Below are positions 40,755 to 52,536 of a DNA stretch of 64,000 nucleotides, one piece after another (position 1 is the first letter of the stretch; each line of letters starts with the position of its first letter). The notes beneath the pieces were generated by a model, which was not told where the DNA came from, did not search any database, and saw only the letters and a program-made list of their open reading frames with translations. The position numbers and the translations under genes were made by a program. Source of the DNA: a virus (taxonomy: Duplodnaviria; Caudoviricetes); IMG/VR virus record IMGVR_UViG_3300028048_000091, positions 1-64,000 of that record; one strand, written 5' to 3'.

Positions 40755-41383
40755 TGTATTTTATATTTTATTATATGGAATAGGTACTTCTCTCAGATAA
40801 TGCTGTTTCTTCATTTCTGCTTGAATTAATTCCTTGAATTCATTATAGAAACTTGGCTCAAGCATACCACCATTATAATATATAGCACCGTTTAATACTG
40901 TTAATTCATTACCAGGTTCTATAATACCATCAAATGCCTTGTAAGGCTTAATAAATCTAAATCTCTTATACATATTAATAATAAATGATTATCTTATATT
41001 ATTAAGATAGGTATTGTCAGAAGCGTTTTCAACTTCTTCAACCTTTTTCTGCAACTTTAATTGTTCATTAATAATAATGCCATTACCACGATTCCAATAC
41101 TCCGGTAACTCATCATCCGGAGCAGAAAATTCCAAACATTCACCACATTTGATGTTTGGGAACATATAAGATGGTATGTCTGCGGAAACTCTACCGCCCT
41201 CCCACGCATAGTGACACCAACTTGACTCTACAAAAATCGGCTTATCATAAAATAAATGTAATTTGCCAAATTCCGTTTCACTCTCAGGATGTCTTTCTAA
41301 AAAGTGTTCCAAATCGAAATCCTTGTCATCAGAATAGGCATTGTCTCTTGCAATCCAAATTTTCATTTTAATTAATATTTAAA

Positions 41384-42406
41384 TTATATATAATATTCCG
41401 GGTGTGGTCTATCTATATTCTGTCTATATGACAAATCTGCATATCTTCTATCTTTGAATATATCAGGATAATCATTCTTTGCCTTAACAATACATCTGCC
41501 ATACCTTAGTGATAAATCCTTTATAGCATCTTCCGCCATTTGAATAAACTTCTCAAAACTAAATTCCGTATTCTCCAACATTTCATTAGCTGCTGAGACA
41601 TATTCCTTGTCATTATTCTCCAATTTGGATAATGTGAAACGCATGGTGGCTATCATCTTCATAATCTTATTATCATTATCAAGATAATGTACCAACTTAT
41701 CAGGATTTTCTTCTCCGGCCTGTATCTTTGTGATTAATTGCTTAATTCCATCAAAGTATTCCTCAACAAAACTGTGCCTTTCGTAATCAAATGACAAATA
41801 TCCAAGCAATCCAACATTTTTCTTGGCAGTACCTTCAGCTGACTTGTTATACATATCAGCAGCAGCCATATATAACGTATTATCCTTGAAGTTTGAGAAT
41901 GATATACCACCATTCTTCTGTTGTTCGTAGATATGTCTTAATTCATGCCTTACAGAATACCTTAATCTCTCTATATCCACTTGTCCACTAACTCTTAACA
42001 GTGAAACAACAAGTGATTTCAGGTTAATTGGATGTTGTGATAGAGGTAATTTAGTCTTACCATATGCTGAACGTGCATTCTCGAAAAACTCGTTCGGATA
42101 TTTCTTTTTATATGCCTCTCTTGTATATGCATCACTGAAACTATAGCACTCAACTGAAACATTAACCGGTTTCTCGTTAAACATAAACTCAAATGTTAAA
42201 GTTGTATGCTTAATACCTTTATCTTCGGTTTTTTCCCAAACAGCAGACTTCAGTTCTTTTAATATTTCAGAACATAATGCATCAGTACCATAATCAACAA
42301 CATCGGAAATTCCTAATTCCTCTTGGATAACGTTGTTAATATACTGTTTTACCTCGTATAAGGCATTAATACCAAGTTCCTCAACAGCTTTATTGAAGGC
42401 ATTCAT
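41384..42406 (-). CDS. HExxH zincin-like protein, paralog 3
   Basis: EELGI, RHELRH, YERHSF, RYGRCIVKAKND. Confidence 0.6.
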   Translation of the reverse strand: MNAFNKAVEELGINALYEVKQYINNVIQEELGISDVVDYGTDALCSEILKELKSAVWEKTEDKGIKHTTLTFEFMFNEKPVNVSVECYSFSDAYTREAYKKKYPNEFFENARSAYGKTKLPLSQHPINLKSLVVSLLRVSGQVDIERLRYSVRHELRHIYEQQKNGGISFSNFKDNTLYMAAADMYNKSAEGTAKKNVGLLGYLSFDYERHSFVEEYFDGIKQLITKIQAGEENPDKLVHYLDNDNKIMKMIATMRFTLSKLENNDKEYVSAANEMLENTEFSFEKFIQMAEDAIKDLSLRYGRCIVKAKNDYPDIFKDRRYADLSYRQNIDRPHPEYYI

Positions 42407-44008
42407 TTTTTTTTTAATTAAATTTGATTTATAACCTCACATGTTGCACTTGGGTATTCCTCCATTGCTTTCTCAAAAGACCACCACCCAGGACGCTCAA
42501 ACCAATCATGATAGATTTCCAATTTAGAATTATTTAACCTTACTTTAGTAAAAGTGCCGTAACCGTCAGTAATAGTAATAATAGTAATCGGTTTATAATC
42601 TATTACGACTTCTTGATTGCCGTATTTTTTAGCTATTTTCTCAATTGCATTATTCAGTTTTTCTTCGGCAATATTCTTTTTAACATCTAAATAGATACGG
42701 TATAGTGCATTTTCGTTCATTAACTCTAAATGATACCTGTTCCACTCCCACTCTTCACCACGAGGGCCGGAAAAGTCACCATAGCCCTTGTCTTTTAACT
42801 CATATCTATAGTTACTCCAAGACGGAATAATGCCACAGATTAAATTAACTAAATCATTTGTTGAAAGTTCTAATAACATAGTATTCTCTTTATTTTATAA
42901 ATTTTAATTTAAAATATTCACCGCAGTAATAATATCGGATTTATATGCTTTATTACATTTTGCTAATGTTTTCCCCTTATAAGCAAAATCGATTGTATAT
43001 TTAGTTAAAAAATGTTAATCACAATATGAGCGATTTCTATTATAGTAAATCATTTCTTTAAATCTTTAAATCGTTTCAATACTTCTTGATAAAACTCTTT
43101 TTGTTCTTCTTTGTCATCAGGGAATTTCATGAGATAAACATCACGTAAAACTTCGTAGCACAAATCAAACACTTTTTCCATATCTTCCCAAGTCAGTTCC
43201 AAGTCTTTCTCTGCTTGGTGGTAGCCGTCTGCATAAGCATGTCCCATAGAATAGGGGTCTAATTTGTTTTTTGAAGCCCATTCCCATGCCTTTTCTTCTG
43301 CTTTACTCATATTAATTAATCTTTAAAGCGTTTCAATACTTCTTGATACGGATTACTATAATCAACACATTGATTTAGCAGTTTATCAATAGTTTTTATA
43401 TCCTCAATAGTTAGCTCCAAGTCTTTCTCTGCTTGGTGGTAGCCTTTAATAAATCCTTTACGCTCTCTAAGGTTTTCATCATACCCTTCACGTTCAGCAA
43501 TCTTTATAGGATATGCCTTTAACGCACGTTCTTCTGCCTTACTCATAACTCATCTTTCTTAATAACTAACAATTTATCACCTTCTTTACAGCCTTTAACA
43601 CAAAGTTTGTCATATAAACTTGATGGCAATGAAACATTGAAAGTTGTTTCAACAGCCTTTTCCATCATTTCATCTATTGTCTTTGTTCTACCTGCGAAAT
43701 AAGCATGGTCTTCAGCAAGTTCGATGGTGGATTGGTCTTGTTGTTTCTGCCACTTAGCAAAGTGTCTGGCAACATCAGTATAAGCCCATTTGTCACCATT
43801 TTCTTTAAAGTATCTTCCAATTTCTTCTTCCAAGTCATCGCTTACAGATTCTTCTTGAAATGAATTAATATATCTAAGAATGTCATCTCTTAGTCCTCCA
43901 ATAGTGGCAGTATTGTCAAGTATGTTAAATCTATTGAATTTACTTATAACGCCAGCCTTAAGTTTTCTTTTTTCTTTATCTGTCATACCTCTTCTCCTTT
44001 CTGTGCTT

Positions 44009-44671
44009 TTAATGTTTACCATCGTCTCTTACAGGAGTTGTCAATGCTTTCTCTACTGACCACCCAAGAACATTAAGCCTTTCCCAAAGAGCACCATAAT
44101 TTATATTCATAATTTCACTCCACTCTGGCATTGTATGCAACTCACCGTTATACTCATATTTACGAACATTTGACTTATTATTGGCTTGTGTCCTTATGCT
44201 TGCCCATCTACAGTTAGATGGTTCGTAATTTCCTCTATAATCTATTCTGTCTATTGTCAATTCATCAGAATAGCCATTTGCAAGTGCCCAATTATAAAAA
44301 GCCATAAAGTCATTTTTCCACTCATCGCACATTCTTATACCTTTTGCCCCATATTTGAAATAAGCACCACTTGAGACAGTATAACATCGGCATTTCATAG
44401 AGTTCCATATCTTATACAATTTTGAATCAGTTGCCTCTTTTGGATAAACACTTGTTCCATTATTATTTCTATGAGTAAAAAACATTTCGTTTCTTAGACA
44501 TCCGCAAGACTGTGTTCTTCCGTGAATAACCCTATCCATAGAATATTCTTTTATATTTCCACAATCACATTTACACAAAATACGTCTTTTACTACCAATA
44601 GGAGACACCTCTTTAATGATAGTAAGTTTCCCGTATTTTTGTCCTTCGGTTACTTCAATTTTATTCTTCAT
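44009..44671 (-). CDS. HNH homing endonuclease
   Basis: YGKLT..CKCDCGN..SCGC; IWNSMKCRC; TIDRID..GNYEPSNCRWA. Confidence 0.85.
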   Translation of the reverse strand: MKNKIEVTEGQKYGKLTIIKEVSPIGSKRRILCKCDCGNIKEYSMDRVIHGRTQSCGCLRNEMFFTHRNNNGTSVYPKEATDSKLYKIWNSMKCRCYTVSSGAYFKYGAKGIRMCDEWKNDFMAFYNWALANGYSDELTIDRIDYRGNYEPSNCRWASIRTQANNKSNVRKYEYNGELHTMPEWSEIMNINYGALWERLNVLGWSVEKALTTPVRDDGKH

Positions 44672-46863
44672 TGTTATTGTAGTTTTTTGACTGTTGCATA
44701 CCAAGTTCAAAGAAATGCTTGGCACATAATGCTATATCTTGGCCATTAGGCTCTTCCTTTGTTCTATTAGCAAAGAAGCCCATTGTTTGAGAGCCAAAGA
44801 AATTACTGCTTATGTAATTGTCAATTTCCTTTTCTAAATCCACCTCTTTCATCTCAATGGTGTCAAGAAATACTTTAAGAGAAGCTATACAAAACGCCTT
44901 ACCAGCAAGCCAGTCCAGCTTGTTTTCTTCAGTTGGCTGAAGACTATCAGAAGGTCTTACTCTGCGAAGTCTATCAATCTCCGCCACTAAAGCGGATTTA
45001 TCAATCAGTTTCATGATATTTTCCTTTCTGTGCTTTAAGTTAATTCTATCCATTTTACAATATCATCAACATTGTCATAATCATCATTAACTCCATATAT
45101 ATGTACGTTAATATGGCCCTCACAATCTTCATCAAGATTACCAGTAAACTTTTGGATTGTTCCATCTTTCATTATACATGCAAATGTTTGAAGGCTCCAA
45201 TCTTTAACTGCATCATATATATCTTCTTTTTCTTGTAAATGCCAAGTTTCCACCTCTTTTACTTCAAGAGTGTTGATGATAGAAAGAACATTTTTCATTA
45301 CCTCTATATCGTGTTCCCTTTGGAGTCTATAACGCCAATCCTCAATACTATCGAGGTTGATTTCGTTTATTTTTTTCTCTATCTCCGCTACTAAAGCGTC
45401 TTTCTCAATCAGTGCCATAATCATCATAATTTAAGTCATCATTTGTTATATCCACATCATATTTAAAAACTAACTCGTAGTCTTGGTATCTCCAAACAAA
45501 TTCCTCCCAGGCCGCCTTTGCTTCATCTTTCCATGATTGAGGTGCAGCGAGTTCACATAACGCCATTTCTGCTTCATAATGCCTTTCGCAAGCGTTAAGT
45601 AACTTTTCTTGAACTTTTTGTTTTATTGCGTCTTTGTTAATATATTGCACCATAATCTAGCCGTTAAATTTACCGTCCCATTTATCTAAATTATAATAAT
45701 CTGCATAGAAATCACTCCTATTCATTGTATTCAAAATCTGTTTATGAGCAAGTTGCAAGTCTTCCCATAACTGCTCGATAACCATAGAGAGGTCTATGTC
45801 GTCATTTTCTATGTTAGCGAGAATTTTTTCAACTTGTTTTTCCCTTTGATGAAGATACCTACTAATAAGATGATGACATTTTGTTATGCTATCTTCACTA
45901 TTTATCTGTTTAAGCAAATTCTCAGTCCAAAATTGCTCATACTTTCCATCAATTTTTGCCATAACTATTCATATTTTATGATAATCAGGTGAAAACTTAC
46001 CACGTTCATTATATTCTTTTTCAATTTCAGAAAGTGTGCGTTCGTAAGTTTCTTTTGCGAGTTCTTTACGTCGCTCATAGGTATCTTTTTTCATAGGAGC
46101 ATATTTGTCTTTATATTCTTTCCATTCAAGAATATCAAGATGCTCATCTCTGTCAGAGCATTGGTCTATTTTACTTGCAATAAAATTTCTTGCCTCAAAC
46201 TGAGCACAAAAAGGACTGTTCTTAGCAATATTATTGTAAACAGTTTTTGCTTCATTTAATAATTCTTCGTAATTCATATATTATTTTCCTTTTAATGAAT
46301 TTAATAAATTTTCTGCTCTCTTCTTATTTCCAAATCCCTTAATATCGACCCATTTGTCAGTAAAGAAGCCTTCTTTTAGAACTTGTACAAAGTATCCGTC
46401 ATAAGGAATACAGCCGCCATTAGCATAACATGGGTATCTGTGGTCAATTCTATACCTTACCATATCTTACTCTCTTTTCAGATAGTTTTTAAAATCCTTG
46501 ATAAACTTTGCAGTATCAGCACAATCCTCACTTGGGTATTTGAGATGATTGTCTCTTATCCACTCACAAGCCTCCTCAATAAAAGAATCAGTTCTAGTGT
46601 ACTCAATTTTAATCAGTCATCGGAAAATCCTTTGCCTTCATCATTCTATCCCTAAGTTTTGCATCGTATTCCTTTTGTTTCCTTTCAATGCGTTTATCTA
46701 TCTCTGCGATTTCTTCCCTGCTATGAACAGAGAAAAAATCAACTGCTTCGTTTGCTTTCATAATTCAATAGTTTTTTCAATTCCACAAAGTCTTAATGCT
46801 TGCTGTAGTTGATGAACATACTTAAAGTACATTTCATCCATACATCCATTTTTTCCATTTGTT

Positions 46864-48072
46864 TTATAAGATTATAGTGTATCTTTCTTTGAGGGATTTG
46901 AGCCAATTTGCACATTTTTTAGCATTGCCATCTTGAACCATGCAATTTTCGCAAAATACAATAAGTTGATTTATACAACACTCATCCTCTTCACTCCAAG
47001 CAGCAGTATTTTGTCTAACAGGCTCATAAAGTTCCCATTCGTCCTGTTCTGTAATATCACAGATAATTCTATCGTTATACCAATATTTTCCACCTGTAAT
47101 ATCGGTAATTACAAATGAACCAAAATCATTTATGTCGGAATTATGCCTTTTAGCAATGGTGTCGCCAATATTGAAAATAGGAATAATAATCTCCTTCAAC
47201 TCTTTCTTTTCAGCATCCCATTCATATCCTGCTTCTTTCATCTTTTGAAATAAAAGGTCACGCTGTTTTTTGATGGCAGGTTTTATGTCTTGCATCCAAG
47301 TCCATTCACCAAATTTCCCGTCTGACTCAATTTTAAAACCATCATCGACACTTATACCACAATAAGCATAACTATTTTTATTGGTATCTATCTTCTTGAA
47401 AATAAATGGTAAATTACCATCAGCAAGCACATCACCATCCTTTGCATCTTGAATGGTCCAGAGATGATACATATCGCACCAAGAACCACTGAAGTACACA
47501 CCATCATCAAGAGTATACCCGTCACCATCTTTATCTACAGATACTACTTGATTTACCTTGCCATAGCTTGTAACAACCCAATCACCTTCATGAAACTTTG
47601 GCTCAACCTTATCAGCAAACTTCTGCTCACCTTGCTTTTCAAGCCAAGCAATACGTTCATCTTTAATTTCAATAAAATGCTGTTCTGGATTTTTAATAAC
47701 AAAGTTGTCAAGAACTCCATCTTTATTACATTTATAAATTAAACCTTTCTTAAATGTTTCATTGTCAGCCCTTTCCCACCGTGATTTATAACAAAAATAA
47801 CTATTTCCTGCTTTCAATTCAAGTTTAATACATTCAATTTCTTGTCTTTTAAGCCACGATATAAATTCTCTCATTTTATCAGAATGTTCTTGAATACTGC
47901 ATTGAGGTATTTCTTCTTGGAAATAGAATATCATCTCTTTCCTTATCCTCTCATCCTCGCTCTCTTGGAGTTCGGGAATAAGAGTTTCAAGTGCCTCACG
48001 CAACCTTGTAAAACTACTATCAGGCCAATTCTTTTTAACGACCTCTATTGCTTCTTTTCTTTCCATAATCAC
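46864..48072 (-). CDS. Modular hypothetical protein
   Basis: PELQESEDERIRK, WLEKQGEQK, PKFHEGDW, WTIQDAKDGDVL, WSEEDE modules; shares modules with 52766-53332. Confidence 0.65.
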   Translation of the reverse strand: MIMERKEAIEVVKKNWPDSSFTRLREALETLIPELQESEDERIRKEMIFYFQEEIPQCSIQEHSDKMREFISWLKRQEIECIKLELKAGNSYFCYKSRWERADNETFKKGLIYKCNKDGVLDNFVIKNPEQHFIEIKDERIAWLEKQGEQKFADKVEPKFHEGDWVVTSYGKVNQVVSVDKDGDGYTLDDGVYFSGSWCDMYHLWTIQDAKDGDVLADGNLPFIFKKIDTNKNSYAYCGISVDDGFKIESDGKFGEWTWMQDIKPAIKKQRDLLFQKMKEAGYEWDAEKKELKEIIIPIFNIGDTIAKRHNSDINDFGSFVITDITGGKYWYNDRIICDITEQDEWELYEPVRQNTAAWSEEDECCINQLIVFCENCMVQDGNAKKCANWLKSLKERYTIIL

Positions 48073-49967
48073 AACAAATTTAATTCGTTCAACTTTTCAA
48101 TCATAGCTACACAAGCATCAACCCAATTATCTCTACCAATACAATACAAAGTATTATCATCATTAACAGAAGGTGTAAAACTGTAACTAACACAATGATA
48201 ATAAGAACGAAAGAGATTGAGATGGAATGTCTTTTGGCAACTTTCGCCTTCTATATATTTGGTTATAGATTGTGGCAAAACACCAAGCAAAGCTGCAAGA
48301 CTCCAAGCACGAACATGTCCTTCTTCTTCATTAAAATCACCATCATCCATTGCTTCTATATAGTACCTTTTGCCCGAAGACCACAAATACATATCCGCAC
48401 TTTCAAGCGGTAAAATTTCTGCCAACTTCTTTGACTGAGACAAGTCTGTGTGTGATTTAATTGTTGCCATAGTTATTTATTTCTATATTTTTCTAATTTA
48501 GCATTTGCCCAGTTTTTAACATCTTCTTTAGATACTTGTTCTTTAGAATATGCAATAACGTCAGAGTCATCAGTTGATAATACCATCCATTTACCGTTTT
48601 TCCACTCGTTTAAAGTGGTATAGATACCTCCAAGACCGCATTTAATGGTTATATAATATCCATCCTCTTTAGGTGGGTATTTTGCCAATTTATAATCGCA
48701 ACCACCCTTGAAATTAAAGATATGTTCTGTGTCTAAATTAATTGTTGCCATAGTTATTTAAATTAAGTTTTCAAGACAATACTTAATCGCTGCTTCAACA
48801 GTTTCTTCATAAGTTGGACAATCTTTCGATATAATATTTTCGTAATAATTATCTCCTTGCCACAATGATGCTACATAACTTGAATTTTTCTCATTAATAT
48901 AATCATACATATGAGGCTCAATTACTATAAAAATATTATGCACTTCTCTCAACCACTTCATCGTCATTTGCTGAGTCGGGGCAGATAAATAAACACCATG
49001 ATTATTAAAATCTCGTCTATTAGATATTAGTGCAATTTCGTTATCTGAGATAAAATAAGAATTACACCATTCATTAAATCTTTTCTCTTTCAAAAGTTTT
49101 GCTGTTTCAAAACTAACGTAATCTTCTGTAATCATATTGTATCTTCTTTAATAATTTGTTCCTTTTCTTCTTGTGTATAATCGAACTTGTCAATGTTTGC
49201 AACAAGATTCTCCCATAGTTTACCAGTCACATCAAGTGTTGCAGAATTCCAATAAGAACCAATTCCAAACCAATCACCTTGTTTTGTCCTAACAAATACT
49301 CCAAGTTCATCATTCTCTCCTTTATATGTAATGACAAATTTATCTGTTCGTCTAGAATATAACCAATAATGGTCTTTAGCTGTTTTACAATATTTTTTAA
49401 ATTCATTCGGATATTTCCTCTTGAATTCCATGTGGCTAAGAACTTCATCAATCTTGATAATATAGTGCCGAGAAAATGTTATCTTTCCATCGTCAAAACA
49501 ATGATATTTCTTACCAACTTCCGGAATTGGTTTCATATACTTCTTGCGACTATATAATACCGTTCTGTCAGGTAAAGGATAACCATTTGGCTTTTTGTGT
49601 TTATTTTGCATATTTAATCTGATTTAAAATTTCTTTCTTTAACTTCTCTCTTGCAATAGAGTCTCTTCTGATGCAATTCTTACAATTACCTTTGTGCTCT
49701 ATTCCTGTAGAATAATCTGTAATGTAATACTCAATGTATTCACAACTATCAAGAATAACCACCTTATTGGAAATATCTTGATTGTTCCTAAACGTACAAC
49801 TTGATAGTAATGAAATAGTGAAAAACAATAAAAATAACTTCTTTAACATATACATTTTTATTTTGCTAAATGTAACGATTTCTTTTTCCGATGCAAAGAT
49901 ACTATAAAAAGTTGAGAAAACAAAGAAATTTTAGTTAAAAATATTAAAAATATTGGGTGTTTTTTGT

Positions 49968-49996
49968 AGTGATATACTATTAAATAGTATATCACT
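49968..49996 (+). promoter_or_regulatory. Palindromic TAT-TAA-ATA element
   Basis: agtgatatactat-taa-atagtatatcact, perfect 13-bp arms, 16 nt before ATG 50013. Confidence 0.55.
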
Positions 49997-50012
49997 GATT
50001 TGAAACTAAAAA

Positions 50013-50615
50013 ATGAGAATAAGAGAATTATTAAGCACGTCAAGTGGTGGCATTGACCCAACGACTGGACGCGGAATGATAGGAAAATATGAGGTAGTTG
50101 ACCTTGGTTTACCAAGTGGGTTGTTGTGGGCAACGTGTAACGTTGGAGCGACGAGGGAAGCAATATATGGAGACTTTTATATGTATGGTAAAGGCGCACA
50201 AACGTATTATTATGAAGACAGTGAGTATGAAGGTATGGAAAACCCACTAGCATCAAGTGTTGATACTGCAACACAAGTAATGGGTAGCGGATGGAGGATG
50301 CCAACACAAACTGAACTAAATGAGTTGATTAATAATACTGCATTCAGTCTTTATACCATTGATGGCAGATATGGCGGAAAGTTTACAAGTAAGACAAATC
50401 CAAATGCATATGTGTTTTTCCCTTTCGCTGGCAACTACATCGATGGTAATTACCAAAGTTACAATAGGCACTGCAACGTTTGGAGTTCTACGCCTAAAGA
50501 TAATAGCAACTCCTACGCTTTCTACTGTGGTGATGGCTACCCATCATCTCCGTATAAGGGCGTTAGTGACAGCCCTCGTAACTACGGGTTCTCGGTGCGT
50601 GGCGTACATACGTAA
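50013..50615 (+). CDS. Fib_succ_major/DUF1566-like CLec-fold protein, likely DGR target
   Basis: VDLGLPSGLLWATCNVGA, WRMPT..EL.EL, FFPFAG, WSST, GFSVRGV. Confidence 0.75.
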   Translation: MRIRELLSTSSGGIDPTTGRGMIGKYEVVDLGLPSGLLWATCNVGATREAIYGDFYMYGKGAQTYYYEDSEYEGMENPLASSVDTATQVMGSGWRMPTQTELNELINNTAFSLYTIDGRYGGKFTSKTNPNAYVFFPFAGNYIDGNYQSYNRHCNVWSSTPKDNSNSYAFYCGDGYPSSPYKGVSDSPRNYGFSVRGVHT

Positions 50616-50802
50616 GTTTGATAATTTACTAGATTCTTCAATTTTATAAACAATATGTATATCCGACAGCACAGTTATGCCAGAGCGTTCATGAAACTAT
50701 AATATATAAAGAAAATATTATCAATAGTTTTTTCATTTTAAAGTTTAGTATATATAGTCAAAGAGGCAGATGTCAATGGTTTAGCATCTACCTCTTTTTA
50801 TT

Positions 50803-51606
50803 TTAATTAATTTCTTGCCAATTGGCATTATATATCTTTCCTGTTTGGTTATCCTTAATATATGTAATTGGCACAGGTTTTAGCGAATTAACAACGATTG
50901 CAGACCCTCCTTTCCAATATTGTGCAACAAATGGATAATGTTTAAATGCATTTACCAATGTGCCATATCTCTCAATATCATTCTCAAAATCGTATACTTG
51001 ATTAGGATTTACAAGACAATAATATGTATATTGGCTACCGTTTGATTGGTCATTACCGGGTTCTTTACTTCCCCAAAAGTAGATACCTATATCTGAATTA
51101 TTGGAATATGTATTAGGTTGTCCTTTTTTAACAACCCCATCTGTTATCTTATATGAACTGTCATGCTTCAATACGACTTTATCCCCCGACATTTCAAGTT
51201 GACTCAAAAACATTTGATGTTTCTGTTCTTGCTCTTCTGTCTTTTTCTTTCCAAGGAATACTTCTCCGTAATAGGTATCTCTATATTGGTCATATATCTG
51301 TAGGTATTGTTTCTGATATGCAGGTATATTCAGTTCATTACCTGTACCATCAGGTTTTGTATTATATCCACTTGCTCTGTATCTGAATGTACTGAAATCA
51401 TCTGTTTGTGGAAAATTAGGATTAACCATAAGATAGGCATCACCGCCAGTTCCAATATAAGAACCGTTTTTGATAATACCTATATTAATCCAATTTGTCA
51501 TATCTGTTTCAGATAGACTTTCGTTAAGAAACCTAACATCAGGGTTAAGTTTCTCCATCCATTCGTTAACGTTATCTAACCAATCCTTATTGTTATTTAC
51601 TCCCAT
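50803..51606 (-). CDS. Hypothetical protein with shared N-terminal leader; possible ADP-ribosyltransferase-like C-terminus
   Basis: NNNKDWLDNVNEWMEKLNP leader; LKHDSS...GIYF spacing only weakly ART-like. Confidence 0.5.
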   Translation of the reverse strand: MGVNNNKDWLDNVNEWMEKLNPDVRFLNESLSETDMTNWINIGIIKNGSYIGTGGDAYLMVNPNFPQTDDFSTFRYRASGYNTKPDGTGNELNIPAYQKQYLQIYDQYRDTYYGEVFLGKKKTEEQEQKHQMFLSQLEMSGDKVVLKHDSSYKITDGVVKKGQPNTYSNNSDIGIYFWGSKEPGNDQSNGSQYTYYCLVNPNQVYDFENDIERYGTLVNAFKHYPFVAQYWKGGSAIVVNSLKPVPITYIKDNQTGKIYNANWQEIN

Positions 51607-52511
51607 ATCATAACTTCTCCTTTTCGTCTCATTCTTTCCGATAACTGACAAGGCATCGGATTAACATAGCATTCACCGAATGAAATATCATATGTATATC
51701 GTTTTCCAATACTATCGATGTCATTAAGATGTTCTTGATAATACTTTTCAAAGCCATCGTTTGTTACAGGAATATTGTTTTGATGGCAATATGTTTTATA
51801 TTTGCCAAGTAGTTTATTGCGAATTTCCTTATTTACTTCATCCTTTGATTTAAATGAGGTGAAATATTCTTGTTTGGGGTCATTCTTCCAATATTTATTA
51901 CTTTCTCGGCTATTAACCTTATTACCATTTTTATCAACCCATATTGGTGCTTCATTAGGTGCTTTAATAAGAACGCTGTCTTGGTCATACTTAGCACAAA
52001 GTGATAAACCAAACTGTTTTAATTCATCAAAATCTTTTGTTTGGCCATCTGTTGTATAATTAAATACGATAAATGACGGTTCATAATCGTCCTCGACACC
52101 GTTTGTACCTCTATAACCACCGTATGTAGGTAAGAATGAATATCCACTTTTCTGCAAGTCACTGATAAGTGCCTTTGTTTGTGCATCATTCCTTTCTTGT
52201 GGCATATCACTCCTATTAGCACTAATGTTAATCATACCATTTGTGCCATGTTTCTGAAGTACTCTATCAAGAGTGACTTCATCAATCCTAACAGGCTTAT
52301 TATGATTGCTTATAATACCATAGAAACGGTTCATTACATCTTCATTTACAGTCTTCGCTTTTTCATGAAGTTGTCTGAATGCTTCCTTTCGGTTTCTTTG
52401 TTCTTCTTCGATACTGAGTTTTACTTCATTAATGAAATGGACTTCTGGATTAAGTTTCTCCATCCATTCGTTAACGTTACCTAACCAATCCTTATTGTTA
52501 TTCTGTTGCAT
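51597..52511 (-). CDS. SAM lyase (T3 SAMase/DUF3293)-like protein with N-terminal leader
   Basis: ISANRS..ERN..L...GGYR..EPSFIV..LCAKYDQDSVL resembles my recollection of T3 gp0.3 (VSAFRS..N..GCYRE..EE..LACNEWEQDCVL). Confidence 0.55.
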   Translation of the reverse strand: MQQNNNKDWLGNVNEWMEKLNPEVHFINEVKLSIEEEQRNRKEAFRQLHEKAKTVNEDVMNRFYGIISNHNKPVRIDEVTLDRVLQKHGTNGMINISANRSDMPQERNDAQTKALISDLQKSGYSFLPTYGGYRGTNGVEDDYEPSFIVFNYTTDGQTKDFDELKQFGLSLCAKYDQDSVLIKAPNEAPIWVDKNGNKVNSRESNKYWKNDPKQEYFTSFKSKDEVNKEIRNKLLGKYKTYCHQNNIPVTNDGFEKYYQEHLNDIDSIGKRYTYDISFGECYVNPMPCQLSERMRRKGEVMIWE

Positions 52512-52536
52512 GATTTAAGAATAATATATCTTAAGG

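Larger units (their letters stand above)
43050..49135 (-). other. Array of short modular paralogous hypothetical genes
   Basis: Recurrent peptides MSKAEE, GYHQAEKDLELT, YQEVLKRFKD, LI.K.ALVAEI, VSDDL, WLEKQGEQK, WSE.DE, WLKSLK. Confidence 0.7.
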
